Shown one piece after another: positions 27,989 to 38,688 of a stretch of 64,000 nucleotides of DNA. The stretch spans positions 1,438-65,437 of the IMG/VR virus record IMGVR_UViG_3300038701_000531; one strand, written 5' to 3'. Under the pieces are notes generated by a model. That model made no database searches, was not told the DNA's origin, and saw only the letters and a program-made list of their open reading frames with translations. A program made the translations under genes and the position numbers. Position 1 is the stretch's first letter, and each line of letters begins with the position of its first letter. The stretch is from a virus.

Positions 27989-29575
27989 TTATTCCTCAAT
28001 AATCTCTGTTCTATCTTCTGTAAATGTAGCTATCTCATTATCAGAAATAGTAATAACTTGTTCTTTAAAATTAGCTATGTTAGGTTCTATTAATGGGTCT
28101 ACTGAAGTAGCCACTAAAACTCTTAAATCCTGTATACCAGATACAGAGGAATAAATACCTCCATAGAATCTTTTAGGTATAACATCCTCACCTAGGTCTA
28201 GAGTACTTCCATAACTAACTATAGAATCCTCCATTAAGTCCTCACCATTGGTAGGGAAAGCCTCTTCTGAGTATTTAGTGTAATAAGCTTTAACCCAAAC
28301 ATATATTGAGGTAGGTCTAGAGAACTTAACGCTCCTAAATTTACCTTGATCGTCAGTTATGGTGACTGATTCAGTACCTACTAATTCTACACCCGCAGGT
28401 TTAGATTCCCATATGACTTGAGCTATAGCTTCGTCTGTACCCCCTACTACAAGACATTCATAAGACTTACCCTCTCTCCCTTGAGCGTCCACATTAATAC
28501 TTCGATTTTCTATAACAAAAGCTTGTGATACCCCCTCTACTTGATTGAGTTTGGCTTCTATAGATGGGACTGTAGCATTACCATTGATAGATGATGACGT
28601 TTTAAATCTAGCTCTTAATTCTTCATCAGATTCTAAGTCTCTACCTGATATAATATCCGCAGGATTGTTCACTGTATCCAACCCTGTTACAGGTGTATCT
28701 ATAGTTGTTAATGAATTGCTAGAAGTAAATCTTTCCCCTGTAGTTGTAGCTTCCACTTTAACAGTGTCTGTAAATGTAGCTACTTTAGTTGCCACACCCA
28801 TGAATGGTGTGTTATTAGCTTCATGAGACGCTGTAGGAGAGTTAGTAATCTGTACAGTAACTGTTATAGGGTTAATTTCATCTTTATTTATAACATTTAA
28901 TGTAGATGCAGCATTAAGATTAAAACCTAATAAAGGTTCAAAATAAGATATAGGGTCATTAATAAATTCAGGATTACCATCGTAAATAGTCTCTATATAG
29001 TAATCCTTATCAGAGGGTACTAAACCCTGTAGGGTCTCTGCTATATTTTGTAGTGAAGGAGGCCAAACAGTCTGGTAAGAGTATAAGTCCCCATTAATAG
29101 TTATAGCGAAAGTAGTACTAGGATCATCTGGAACACCTACACCTCCTTGAGGTCTAATACTCACAGGAGTTCTTGAAGTACCAGTAGAGAGTGTACCTTG
29201 CTCTGTACTAAGATATTCATTACCATTTAAATCACTAAACTGTGTCCCAATAGGTACTACTGTACCACTTGTACCAAATAAGTCTAAATCTCCAAAACTC
29301 TTAGTAGGGGCTAATCTAGTAATCTTAAGTATTGCTGCTAAATCATCTAATGACTTACCCTCAGCTACATCTATAATAAATGCATCATATAGTGATTGTG
29401 CTAATTCCCATTGTTCAGCTATAGCAGCAGCTATAATAGTATTCAGAATACCAAATAAACTATTCTCTGATACATCTAGGCCATTACCATACTGTAGCTT
29501 TAAAGCAGCTTCTAATTCTTCTATAATATCGGGTAATCTTTTTATAACCAACCCGTTCACGGTTAAACCTGCCAT
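27989..29575 (-). CDS. baseplate J-like wedge protein
   Basis: 'AEGKSLDDL', 'GRDLESDEELRAR', 'VVGGTDEAIAQ.IW..KPAG'. Confidence 0.88.
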   Translation of the reverse strand: MAGLTVNGLVIKRLPDIIEELEAALKLQYGNGLDVSENSLFGILNTIIAAAIAEQWELAQSLYDAFIIDVAEGKSLDDLAAILKITRLAPTKSFGDLDLFGTSGTVVPIGTQFSDLNGNEYLSTEQGTLSTGTSRTPVSIRPQGGVGVPDDPSTTFAITINGDLYSYQTVWPPSLQNIAETLQGLVPSDKDYYIETIYDGNPEFINDPISYFEPLLGFNLNAASTLNVINKDEINPITVTVQITNSPTASHEANNTPFMGVATKVATFTDTVKVEATTTGERFTSSNSLTTIDTPVTGLDTVNNPADIISGRDLESDEELRARFKTSSSINGNATVPSIEAKLNQVEGVSQAFVIENRSINVDAQGREGKSYECLVVGGTDEAIAQVIWESKPAGVELVGTESVTITDDQGKFRSVKFSRPTSIYVWVKAYYTKYSEEAFPTNGEDLMEDSIVSYGSTLDLGEDVIPKRFYGGIYSSVSGIQDLRVLVATSVDPLIEPNIANFKEQVITISDNEIATFTEDRTEIIEE

Positions 29576-29583
29576 AGTAATTC

Positions 29584-29940
29584 CTATATTGTGACAGTCA
29601 CTACATTTTGATTTAAAGTAGTTACTGTGAAAGTTGCATTATAAACCCTTTCTCTAGGATTAAATGTACCCTCGAAATTTGTTATCCTCACTACTCCCTC
29701 AGTTTTCAATATTACGTCCCTCAGGATATTCTCTACTAAGAATCGTTGATATTGTTGTGTGAGTATTTGTTCAAAGTAAGGCACCCCTACTTCTAAGTTA
29801 TAAAACCACTCACCTAGAAAAGTATTAAGTCTAATAGTTAGCCTTTGTCTCACTAGAGTGGCTTCATCTGTTTCTAAGATAGGAGCATTATTAACTATTT
29901 TTATATCCCCTGTAGCAGGGTCTATTAATAAATCTGACAT
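29584..29940 (-). CDS. gp25-like baseplate wedge protein
   Basis: 'RQRL.IRL.TFLGEWF.NL..GVPY'. Confidence 0.82.
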   Translation of the reverse strand: MSDLLIDPATGDIKIVNNAPILETDEATLVRQRLTIRLNTFLGEWFYNLEVGVPYFEQILTQQYQRFLVENILRDVILKTEGVVRITNFEGTFNPRERVYNATFTVTTLNQNVVTVTI

Positions 29941-29948
29941 ATGTTACC

Positions 29949-30590
29949 CTATACTGGAGGTGTGGTTTGTGAACCACCTGATTGTACACCACCATGTTTA
30001 TGATTCTTAAGACTCTTACCACCGCCAATACAATCAGTACTAGCTGTTACTGTCTTAGAACAATTAATATCTCCATTAACGTCTAAATCACTATTAATTG
30101 TGGTTTTACCTGCTGGGGTGATCTCTACATCTCCTGATGATTTTAGAGATACTGTTGTACCAGCAAACTTTAGTTCTACATCACTATCGCTAGGACTTAA
30201 ATTAGAAGTCTGTGTGAATAACCCACAAATAGCTATAGCGTCTGATATGCTATGTTGTCTATTCTCTCCTGCAACTCCAGCTCCTTTATTCTTCCATTTA
30301 TCTATAGAATACTTAGAAAAGCATATGAGTACTTTATCCCCTGCTTTAATAGGAAAAGATAGTATACCACCTCCACCAGCAGGAAAGACTACAGGGACTC
30401 CTCTAAGAGCCGTGGTAGGACTTTCTTCTTTAGTTAAGGCATTGACTAGCCTAACGTCTAAAGTCACGTCTACGGACTGCTCAGAGGCCTTGTAGGAGGT
30501 TACAGTAGCAGGTAATGAGGTGTAGATTCTATCTTGTAGTTTATCTACATGAGTTTGTATTGTATCAAATAAGTCAAAGTTATAACTCAC
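29949..30590 (-). CDS. baseplate central spike (gp138-like)
   Basis: 'GVPVVFP.GGG..LSFPIK.GD', 'HSISDAI', C-terminal HKHGGV. Confidence 0.85.
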   Translation of the reverse strand: MSYNFDLFDTIQTHVDKLQDRIYTSLPATVTSYKASEQSVDVTLDVRLVNALTKEESPTTALRGVPVVFPAGGGGILSFPIKAGDKVLICFSKYSIDKWKNKGAGVAGENRQHSISDAIAICGLFTQTSNLSPSDSDVELKFAGTTVSLKSSGDVEITPAGKTTINSDLDVNGDINCSKTVTASTDCIGGGKSLKNHKHGGVQSGGSQTTPPV

Positions 30591-31615
30591 TACCTAGCTC
30601 CTATGGTTAGTTTAGAAAACCAAGGCTTCCCTCTATTATCTAATTCATGACTGAGAGACCTGACATTGTAGTCACCATCTATATCTCTACCATTTAATTG
30701 TTCAAAACCTTTTAAAGTGACTACGGTATCTATATCTACTGCACCATTAAGGAATATTGTAATATTAAGACCTTGCGGTGATCCAGCATTTAAGTTAGAC
30801 CTTTGAACACTAGTAGGAGTACCTACTACATCATTAGGAGATAATATTACTTTCCTAACTAGTTTAGGTTCTGTTTTGTTTATAAGAAAGAAAATCTTAT
30901 TCAGTATATACCAATTGAGGTTTTCATCTTTGACTAACTCATCTAAGATATTAGCTATTACTCCACTAGCAGTAAATTCTGAGGTGAAAGATGAAGATAT
31001 AAACTTAGCGTTATCACTTATAGAGTTGTTAGTGAAAATAACACCATCCCAAGAATTGACTAAGCTCTTTATTATATCTTTCTTAGCAGAACCTTTAGGA
31101 AATACTTTAGATATTTTAACATTCCTTATACTAACAGCAGAATCTTTAGCTGTAATAGTTGTTATAAGGTCAATGCCTGTATCCTCAGAAGTTATATCTA
31201 CTATCTCCCCTGTGAATATCTCAGGGAGAGCATCATATTCATCTACCTGTGCATTCTCAATAATACTCTTATACCCAGCTCTTAGTGATATTCTTCTATA
31301 ACTAACAGCAGTAGTAATAAAGCCTAAATCCTCTTTAGACATATTGTAAACTTTAATGGTTATGTTATTAGTATTACTGTTAGTATTATTCTTGTCTGTA
31401 GTTGCTTGTATTCTTAGTGGATTATCCCCTGAGTTTCCCCAGACTCTAGATTTTAACTTATCATCGACAGGTAATGCACTAGTTTCTGTAGTAACTGCAC
31501 TTGGGAATGGAGAAGAAGGAACCTCTAATTGTTGTGATACTGAAGTTCCTGTTGGAGGAGGAGAAGTCACATTAGTTATGACTAACTCATATATTCTATC
31601 TAAGACCTGCGCCAA
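30590..31615 (-). CDS. baseplate hub protein
   Basis: 'IKVYNM...LRAGY...IFTGEI...G.Y.V....H..D.RG..W'. Confidence 0.8.
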   Translation of the reverse strand: MAQVLDRIYELVITNVTSPPPTGTSVSQQLEVPSSPFPSAVTTETSALPVDDKLKSRVWGNSGDNPLRIQATTDKNNTNSNTNNITIKVYNMSKEDLGFITTAVSYRRISLRAGYKSIIENAQVDEYDALPEIFTGEIVDITSEDTGIDLITTITAKDSAVSIRNVKISKVFPKGSAKKDIIKSLVNSWDGVIFTNNSISDNAKFISSSFTSEFTASGVIANILDELVKDENLNWYILNKIFFLINKTEPKLVRKVILSPNDVVGTPTSVQRSNLNAGSPQGLNITIFLNGAVDIDTVVTLKGFEQLNGRDIDGDYNVRSLSHELDNRGKPWFSKLTIGAR

Positions 31616-31934
31616 TTTCTTCTTCCTCTGTTAAGTATACTAACTGGAAAGCTGTTCCTAGATTGTCTCTAGTAATCTTATCAGCAGAGGATTCAAATCT
31701 AAGAACCCACAAGTGTCCCTCTGGTAACTCAGGCTTGTAGTAGCCCAAGTCAACAGAAGTATTCTCAGTTAGTTTGACACCAGTTAAGATTGTATCTCCA
31801 TTAGCATCATATATATCAATACACCAAACTGCCTCTCTAGTCTGCCACCTTAATTCTAAGTTTAAGACTACACCTCCTAGAATTACTTGCTGAGAAGACC
31901 AAGCATTTTTTGGTGTTCTTATTTGTAATGCCAT
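31596..31934 (-). CDS. virion structural (baseplate) protein
   Basis: Conserved position; 'L.L.W..R...W.IDIYD.G..IL.GVKL'. Confidence 0.65.
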   Translation of the reverse strand: MALQIRTPKNAWSSQQVILGGVVLNLELRWQTREAVWCIDIYDANGDTILTGVKLTENTSVDLGYYKPELPEGHLWVLRFESSADKITRDNLGTAFQLVYLTEEEEIGAGLR

Positions 31935-31937
31935 AAG

Positions 31938-32501
31938 TTATCCTTTGTAAGAGTAATTCTTTTTACCAAATTGAGTATCAGGGGTGAAGTCACCAAGACC
32001 CTCTAATTGAGGTATACCTTTATCTTTAGTACTACTAGCACTAACATTAGTTTTAGGGTCTGATTGGCCTCCTAAGACGTTTACAGTAGTTTCCTCTCCC
32101 CCAGTGGCAATATTTATTTGCTTTAAGTGGAGAGATACCATCCAACCATTAACACCCTCTTTAACTGTTTTAGATAAACTTAGGTCTTCTACAAAACAGC
32201 TTTCATAAAGTTTATCTCCTGATTGGAAACTAATTAATTTAGCTTGTAGTATTAAAGACCTTAAGTTCTCAGTTAGTTGTTCAGATGAAACTAACACGCT
32301 ATCTTTTGGGTTATAGACTCCTGATATCACACCATCAATAGTGAATTGAGCATTCTTCCTAATATAGTGGTCAGTTACAGAGGTTCTATTAGCAGTTGGA
32401 TTTTCTGTAGCTGTACCTGAGAATTTCTCCACTACTTTAGTAGTAGCATCTAAAGCAATTACAACTCCATTATCTAAGTGTAATGTATATCTTGATGCCA
32501 T
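31938..32501 (-). CDS. tail-tube initiator/Dit-like protein
   Basis: 'LDAT......TENP......TDH', directly after the tape measure. Confidence 0.7.
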   Translation of the reverse strand: MASRYTLHLDNGVVIALDATTKVVEKFSGTATENPTANRTSVTDHYIRKNAQFTIDGVISGVYNPKDSVLVSSEQLTENLRSLILQAKLISFQSGDKLYESCFVEDLSLSKTVKEGVNGWMVSLHLKQINIATGGEETTVNVLGGQSDPKTNVSASSTKDKGIPQLEGLGDFTPDTQFGKKNYSYKG

Positions 32502-32503
32502 AA

Positions 32504-35500
32504 CTACCTCTGTGCCTGTGCATTAATATTATTCATCTTAACTCTAGTATCTACAGAGCCATTGCCTGAATCATCTATAGTGATAGTATTAGATACACTA
32601 AAACCTATACCCTCTAGAGCCGATAAAAGGATATCTTTAGCTCCACCTACTATATTAGTTCCAATTGCTTGGTCTATTGTAGCATAAGGACCTGACCAAA
32701 AAAATGTTTCTGCTAGGCTAGGTTCTGTTTTTTTCTGTGAGGACTTATCACTAGACCTCTTATCAACTTCACTATCTGACCCAAAACCTAAGTCTTTACC
32801 TAGTCTTCTTTCTACTTCACCCATAATGTTCTTAGAACTTAAAGCTATAACTTCTTCTATTAGTGCTTTAAGTAACATTAATTTAAGTATTACCCTACCT
32901 AGTGGGTTTAACATTAAGAGAAAACCTGCTGATAGTTTACTTACTGTGCTTTCAGCAAATTCACCGCCTACTTGGTTAAGGAAACCAAACATTTTAAGAA
33001 GCATACCTAGAGAACTTAAAGCTCTTAATATTGCCCCTGCTAATTCCCTAACTACACCAAAGACAACCTCAAAGGCTTGCCCTACAGCTTCTAGTGTTGG
33101 TTCTAGTTCTTTTAATCTTAGTGATAAATCTTTTAGTAGTTTGGCAAAACCTCTACCAAAACCTTTCTTAAAGATTGTATCTTGTGCTTTTTGTACTTGT
33201 GTAAAGAATCTACCTTGTTGTACTCTAACAGTCTTAAGAGCTTCAGATAATGCACCACCTTGTCTAGCGGCTTTAGCAAACTCTTTAGCTACTTTTGGAA
33301 GCACATCTTTAGCTAAGAGTGTGCCTTTTTCCATCATTGCAAATAATTCTTGCTCTGATACATTTAGAGCGCTGGCAAATACTTGTATACTTCCGGGAAC
33401 TTGTTCCAATTATATTCAATAAAAGTCGCTACACCTTTACCCGCCCATCAAGGGCTGCTATATGTCTCCATATAGTTTAGACTATATCTTAATCTACAGC
33501 ACTACCTGTTTAGATTCCTACCATTTCCCTCACCAATCGCTTGTGAAGTACGAGCTAAAGCTCTAGTCGTTGATCCTGCCTCTTATCAGAGGATTGGATG
33601 CTGATTGACCTTATCTTAATAATTTTTACAGGTCGCCAGTATATCTCTATCTGGTATTGTATATTAAGCTTAACAGGTGTTTCCAGCAGTTAAATAGGTT
33701 TTCATAAGGAGTTTCCTACCTTAAGCGCCTAACATTAAGCGAGTTGTTGCTTTCATTAAGTTTTTTCTGATAAGTTCGTTACTCTTACCACGTTCTCTAA
33801 GAACTGCTACATGTCTCCATGCAGATAGGATCATATCTTCACCCTCTCTAATGAGTAGGGGCTTTCTGTTTCGATTCTACTTAGAACCTACTCCCTTTCG
33901 GGATGACCTCTGAACTACTATTTTTTTTTTTTTAGAAATATAAATCTGAAATATCTTTATATCTTATCTTGTGTCGTATACGTTTCACTTCAATCACTTT
34001 AAGGTTTTTATTGGTAGATATCTTAGCTATGTTCTGGTCTGAGATACCTTCATTTATCTTTTCACAAACCCAACAAATAGTTTTTGTAGAGAACTCTGTT
34101 CTATACTGGTGAGGTACTTGATAAAGTTTTCTTACATGGAACCAAGTATCTCCAGCTTTTAGCTTCCGTAGAACATCCATACTTATGTTATAACTGTCGG
34201 AGAGGTCTCTTACTCTATAACCTTCTGACAATTTTTTACAAAGTTCGTGTGCTGTGTTCTCATCAAAAGAAGAGTTGTATAACCCCTCTCCTCTACTGCT
34301 TTCTAAGTTCTGTCCTGCGTGTTGCTGGTTTTGTGCCAAGGAACACCACTCTAAATTATCTAAGTGGTTATTTAGCTTATTACCATCTATGTGATTAACT
34401 GTTGTCCATATTTCAGGGTTAGGGTTGGGTATCCAAGCTTTTGCCAGTAACCTGTGTACTCTAGCGCAAGCTGCTTTACCATTAATACAAGTTCTTATAT
34501 ACCAGTACTTAGGTACTCCTTGTAAAGTGTGAGTCATCTCTTTTTCAGAATCTATCCTGAATATTCTACCACATTTACTAACAGCGTAAGCTGGGTATTC
34601 CTCACAAACTTTAACCTTATAGCCTTTTATTTCAAAAATATTTGACATTTATTTCTCCTACTGAACTTGGGAGTTAAAAAAAAAATAATAGCTGCGGATT
34701 GTCTCTATTATTAACCTTATTACCATACCACGCTCATTACAGCGTGTGCTAGTACCTTATCACTAAAGCACTGCGGTAGTCAATACCTAACAAGATATCC
34801 CCGCAATTAAGAAAGTTTTTACTTAATTATTACTAAAAAAGTGAGCCAAATCAACAACTTAGCTCTTCTGACATGATCGTGGTCTTATTGAGCATTTGTT
34901 GCAATGCCCTTAAACCACTTTTAGCTTGCTCAGGTGCAACTTTAAGAGCTGTAGCAAACTCACTAAAACCTGTAAACAATTCTTTTGTTTCAGTTCTAGT
35001 CAACTTACCTTTAGCTGCAAATTGCAATTTAGAGAAAGCATCTGTAGAGGCTTTTAAGTCTAAACCTAACCTTACAACTTCACTATCAACAAAAGCTAAA
35101 TCATTAGCAGCTAACTTAGCAGAACCTGATGATGCAAGCATTGACGCTCTCATTCCCTCAAAATCCTGACCTACTCTATTAATAGATTGAACACTATTTA
35201 ATACAGCAAAAGCACCTAAATAAGATGTAGCTAATTGTCTAGCTGATTCCTTCATCCTATTCTGTGCCCTAGTTAACTCATTAATCTTTTGTTTCGTTTG
35301 TGAGGAAACTCTATTTATCTTCCTCATCTCAGCAGCTTGAGCTTTAAGAGCCATAGTAGCGTCTATAGTAGACTTACCCATTTTCTCTTGCTCTAGTCCT
35401 AACTGCCTTAATTGTTTTTGTTGCTTCTCTGTGAGATTAAATAGTAATCTCCTACCCTCAACAGTTCTATTAAAGAAATCATCACCGCCTTTAAAAGGAG

Positions 35501-35954
35501 TTAAAGCTTTATTGTTACTATCCTTAGTAGATGTAAAAGCATCAGGTTTCTTAAATATGTTCTCTTTACCAAGTAAAGCATTTGTAGAATGAGTCTTTTT
35601 AAGTTCATTCTTAAATCTCTGTTGAGCTAGAGTAGCTTCTTGTATTTCATTTTTGAGTTTTAAAAACTCAGAGGCTTTGTTAATATTATTAAGTCTATCT
35701 TTGAAACCTACTAAGGTAGACCCCATCCTTTCAAGCCTATCATGTGCGCCTTGAATAGCTAACCTTTGCCTTTTAAGAGCATCACCACTAAATGCAGTGT
35801 CCATCTTATTAGCTTGAGCTACACTATTGGCTCCAATCATCTTTAAAGATTTATTAATTCTATTTAAACTATCCTCTATCTTTTTAACTTCTTTTGTATC
35901 AGCTTTAATACTAAGTTGAGCAAAGAAGTCTGCAATCGAGAATCCTGATGCCAT
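32504..35954 (-). CDS. tape measure protein, three exons (35954-34861, 33753-33738, 33406-32504; 670 aa spliced)
   Basis: Splicing restores TIMSEEL-KQQLA-EQVPGSIQ; exon lengths 1094+16+903 keep the frame. Confidence 0.9.
33407..33737 (-). mobile_element. group I intron (TMP intron 2, 331 nt, no ORF)
   Basis: 5' exon ends in U; P1 CGCU/GGCG; S element AAGATATAGTCT; P9 CTATATG-GAGA-CATATAG; terminal G. Confidence 0.9.
33754..34860 (-). mobile_element. group I intron (TMP intron 1, 1107 nt) carrying an HNH homing endonuclease
   Basis: P1 GAGCU/GGCUC; P10 AGUUGUUG/CAACAACU; AAGATATGATCC; GAGA-capped P9; terminal G. Confidence 0.92.
33932..34648 (-). CDS. intron-encoded HNH homing endonuclease (NUMOD4-like N-terminus)
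   Basis: 'YAVSKCGRI', 'RVHRLLAKAWIPNP..VNHIDGNKLNNHLDNLEW'. Confidence 0.92.
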   Translation of the reverse strand: MSNIFEIKGYKVKVCEEYPAYAVSKCGRIFRIDSEKEMTHTLQGVPKYWYIRTCINGKAACARVHRLLAKAWIPNPNPEIWTTVNHIDGNKLNNHLDNLEWCSLAQNQQHAGQNLESSRGEGLYNSSFDENTAHELCKKLSEGYRVRDLSDSYNISMDVLRKLKAGDTWFHVRKLYQVPHQYRTEFSTKTICWVCEKINEGISDQNIAKISTNKNLKVIEVKRIRHKIRYKDISDLYF

Positions 35955-35962
35955 TTAATCTC

Positions 35963-36543
35963 CTATTCAGTATTTGAAGGGATAAGGGCTTTTTCCGTTG
36001 CTGCAATGATTTCTAGCATTTCTAAAGCTTGAAAGAAATCTTCCAGAGACCAATCATTTCTTATTTGTAAATATGTCTCATTGAATTTACCTGAAGTGGC
36101 TATTCTTAGAGCTAACATATTAAAAGTAGGAATTGAAGTTTTCTTAGAGATATCTTCTATAGTTCTTGTGAGCTTGACATTGCCTTCTCTATCATCCCCG
36201 TTAGGTGAATTAGAGAATCTGGATCGAAAAAAGGTATCACATTTTCTGCTAAGGAAAACCCTACAACAGGGAGAAGATCTTTTCTAAATTCAGCAAAATG
36301 ATTATCAAAGTCTATTGCTTTTCCTTGGCAAGTAACTTCTTTAACTAAAGCTTTGATTAGCTTTAATCCATCTCTATGGCCTAAGATATTCTTTGCCATA
36401 CTACCTATTGAAGTGTCTTCTACATTACCAAGCATATCCATAACTTGAGATACAAAACCCCAACTCTGCTCTGCACCAAATGTAATTATTTTATATTCTC
36501 TGCCGTTAATCTCAGCAGATTTTTGTCTATGTTCTAGACCCAT
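35963..36543 (-). CDS. tail assembly chaperone G (36543-36157) and GT via -1 frameshift (to 35963)
   Basis: Slippery U UUU UUC at 36232-36226; -1 frame open to TAG 35963; directly upstream of the TMP. Confidence 0.8.
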
Positions 36544-36573
36544 TATTTTACCTCCAGTAAATTTTTAATAAAT

Positions 36574-36598
36574 AAAAAGCAGCTTATCCGAAGCTGCT
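36574..36598 (-). terminator. Rho-independent terminator after the tube genes
   Basis: AGCAGCTT-ATCCG-AAGCTGCT with A-run. Confidence 0.7.
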
Positions 36599-36607
36599 AT
36601 TCTATTC

Positions 36608-37096
36608 TTATACTTGGATGGGTATAGATTCCTCTACAGGAACTACATCACCACCAATAGTCTTTAAATCGCTAGTAGTAAATTCCCAAGTTAGGGAATC
36701 TAATTCATCACTATAGTTAACTTCTGGTTGATTAGATATCCAAACATTAGTGGCTTTTTGATAAGCCATACCATTATTCCTCTTATCATTAAATGTAAAA
36801 GAACTAATACTATTTGGATTTGTACCATCATCATCTCTGTATTCATTATATAATAATTTATGGACTACAGATGTTGACCAGATTTTAACTGTGATTGTAG
36901 CGCTAGTGTCTGCATTTAATAATCTAGCACCTACACCACCACCATCAATGCTAGGTACATAAGAATATTTTTTAGCATTCCTACGTACTACTACATGAGA
37001 GTTTGGGTCTAACCCAGAGGTTAAGTCTATACCATTAAATACAAAGCTGATTTCTTCTGGCCTATACGTTTCTAAAAACTTATTTATAAAAGCCAT
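36608..37096 (-). CDS. tail tube-like protein, paralog 2 (DUF3277-like)
   Basis: 'Y.PEE....FNG.DL..G'; similar to the upstream paralog. Confidence 0.65.
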   Translation of the reverse strand: MAFINKFLETYRPEEISFVFNGIDLTSGLDPNSHVVVRRNAKKYSYVPSIDGGGVGARLLNADTSATITVKIWSTSVVHKLLYNEYRDDDGTNPNSISSFTFNDKRNNGMAYQKATNVWISNQPEVNYSDELDSLTWEFTTSDLKTIGGDVVPVEESIPIQV

Positions 37097-37108
37097 GATA
37101 CCTCCCTA

Positions 37109-37543
37109 CTATGCAGGTAACGGTATGAAATCTAGCTGATGACAACCAAAAGACCAAGTTACTTCTCCAGACTCTTGAGCTTTCGTCATATCGGGAGCTT
37201 TAACAAACCAACAATTAATAGCTGTCATTTGTCGAGAATTACTTGGGTCGATTACTGTAAAATTACTCCAGTAGTCTTCCTGAATGTTCTCTTGTGCCAA
37301 ATAAGCAGCAGTTAGTAAGCCATTCACAGCACTATTAGCCATTAATGTAAACTCAATAGTACCTTGCTTATTAATGTTCTTAGAGTTAGCTGTATCGCCT
37401 CTAGCGTTACCTTTTGTTGTTACTAAGTCATGTACACGTTTAGCGTCCAATACTGTATCAGAACCAACGCCACTAGACATATCAATACCGTTCCATACGA
37501 ATTGACAAGTAGCTAACATATAAGTTTTAATCATATCACTCAT
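37109..37543 (-). CDS. tail tube protein (DUF3277-like)
   Basis: 'G.IEFTL...S..N..L...D........W..K.PD'; follows the sheath. Confidence 0.75.
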   Translation of the reverse strand: MSDMIKTYMLATCQFVWNGIDMSSGVGSDTVLDAKRVHDLVTTKGNARGDTANSKNINKQGTIEFTLMANSAVNGLLTAAYLAQENIQEDYWSNFTVIDPSNSRQMTAINCWFVKAPDMTKAQESGEVTWSFGCHQLDFIPLPA

Positions 37544-37554
37544 ATTACTTCTCC

Positions 37555-38664
37555 TTATGCTGCTACTTCGTAGGTTACATTACCTGAGATTGGGTTAATC
37601 TCATTAACAAAACCAGCTAAGAAAGCTTCAAATTTAATATCACGTATGATACGGTTAGCTTTGTCTGCAAAAGGAATATCAATTGCTTTAGGCATTGTGA
37701 TTGTATAATTCTCTTGGATGAATCCATATCCAACCCAACGAGTTAATACAGAATCAATGACATTCTCAATCTGAGCTAGTCCAGCGTCCGTCATACGGAT
37801 ACCACCACCTTTTTGATTGATAAGTAGATCTAGTAAAGAAGCGTCTATGTCTTCTCTAAGACCGTCAGTACCCCGAACCAGATCAATCCATTCGCTACTA
37901 GCTGATTGCCCTTTCCATGTTCTAAATTGACCTCGCTGAGAGAATACAAAGTTTGCATTACGCGCTGAGACATTTGTAATCTGTGTATCTGTGAGTACAT
38001 TACCTAGAGCATTCTGAGAAGCCCCTACACCGCTTAAAGCTAAGAAAGCCCAGTTAGCAGTACCCTCTCTAAATGGTAAGTTATGACCTGCGAAAGCACA
38101 TTCAGGGAACTTAGTATCTGCTTCGTGATGCCATAGTACTACTGATCGTTCATAGTTAGCATCAGCTAATTTACCCGCTATATCTCCTGAAGCTGCTGAA
38201 CCTGCTACATAAGCTGTATCAACAGAACTAACTACATTGTTAGAGGTGAAGAACAATCTTTGTTTAGCCTCAACATAAGCTGCCATAGCTAATACTTCAG
38301 TCTCAGTGTGGTCTTCCATGCCAATTTGATACCAAGTATCATTTTCTAAACTACAAGCTGTAGCTGCTGCTACATAAGAAGCATCTGCTGTACCAGCACT
38401 ATAGTATTGACCAATTATTACTTGACTAACAGCAGGGTTTTGTCGTAGATAAGCAGAAACTGCTAAGTAAACTACATCCGTATCTGCAAAGTCGTCTAAT
38501 ACTGAATCAATAGAGGTATAAACTCTTACTCGACCAGTAAAATCTACATCAGGAGCTGTTGAGTCTCCTGCATCATAGATAAACAAAGGAATATTAAATG
38601 CTGCGCGTTGCACTGCACTTGTATTCTTTGTGATATTTGTTTTAATTATTACGGGTAGTCCCAT
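37555..38664 (-). CDS. contractile tail sheath protein (DUF3383-like)
   Basis: 'EWIDLVRG.D.L','TD.G...I','F.A.LAG.V'. Confidence 0.85.
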   Translation of the reverse strand: MGLPVIIKTNITKNTSAVQRAAFNIPLFIYDAGDSTAPDVDFTGRVRVYTSIDSVLDDFADTDVVYLAVSAYLRQNPAVSQVIIGQYYSAGTADASYVAAATACSLENDTWYQIGMEDHTETEVLAMAAYVEAKQRLFFTSNNVVSSVDTAYVAGSAASGDIAGKLADANYERSVVLWHHEADTKFPECAFAGHNLPFREGTANWAFLALSGVGASQNALGNVLTDTQITNVSARNANFVFSQRGQFRTWKGQSASSEWIDLVRGTDGLREDIDASLLDLLINQKGGGIRMTDAGLAQIENVIDSVLTRWVGYGFIQENYTITMPKAIDIPFADKANRIIRDIKFEAFLAGFVNEINPISGNVTYEVAA

Positions 38665-38688
38665 TATAATATGTCCTTTAGTTTGTTG

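Noticed and set aside
32504-33409. ORF-track start at TTG 33409 as an independent gene
   Set aside because: The TTG is the last three bases of intron 2; the segment is exon 3 of the tape measure.
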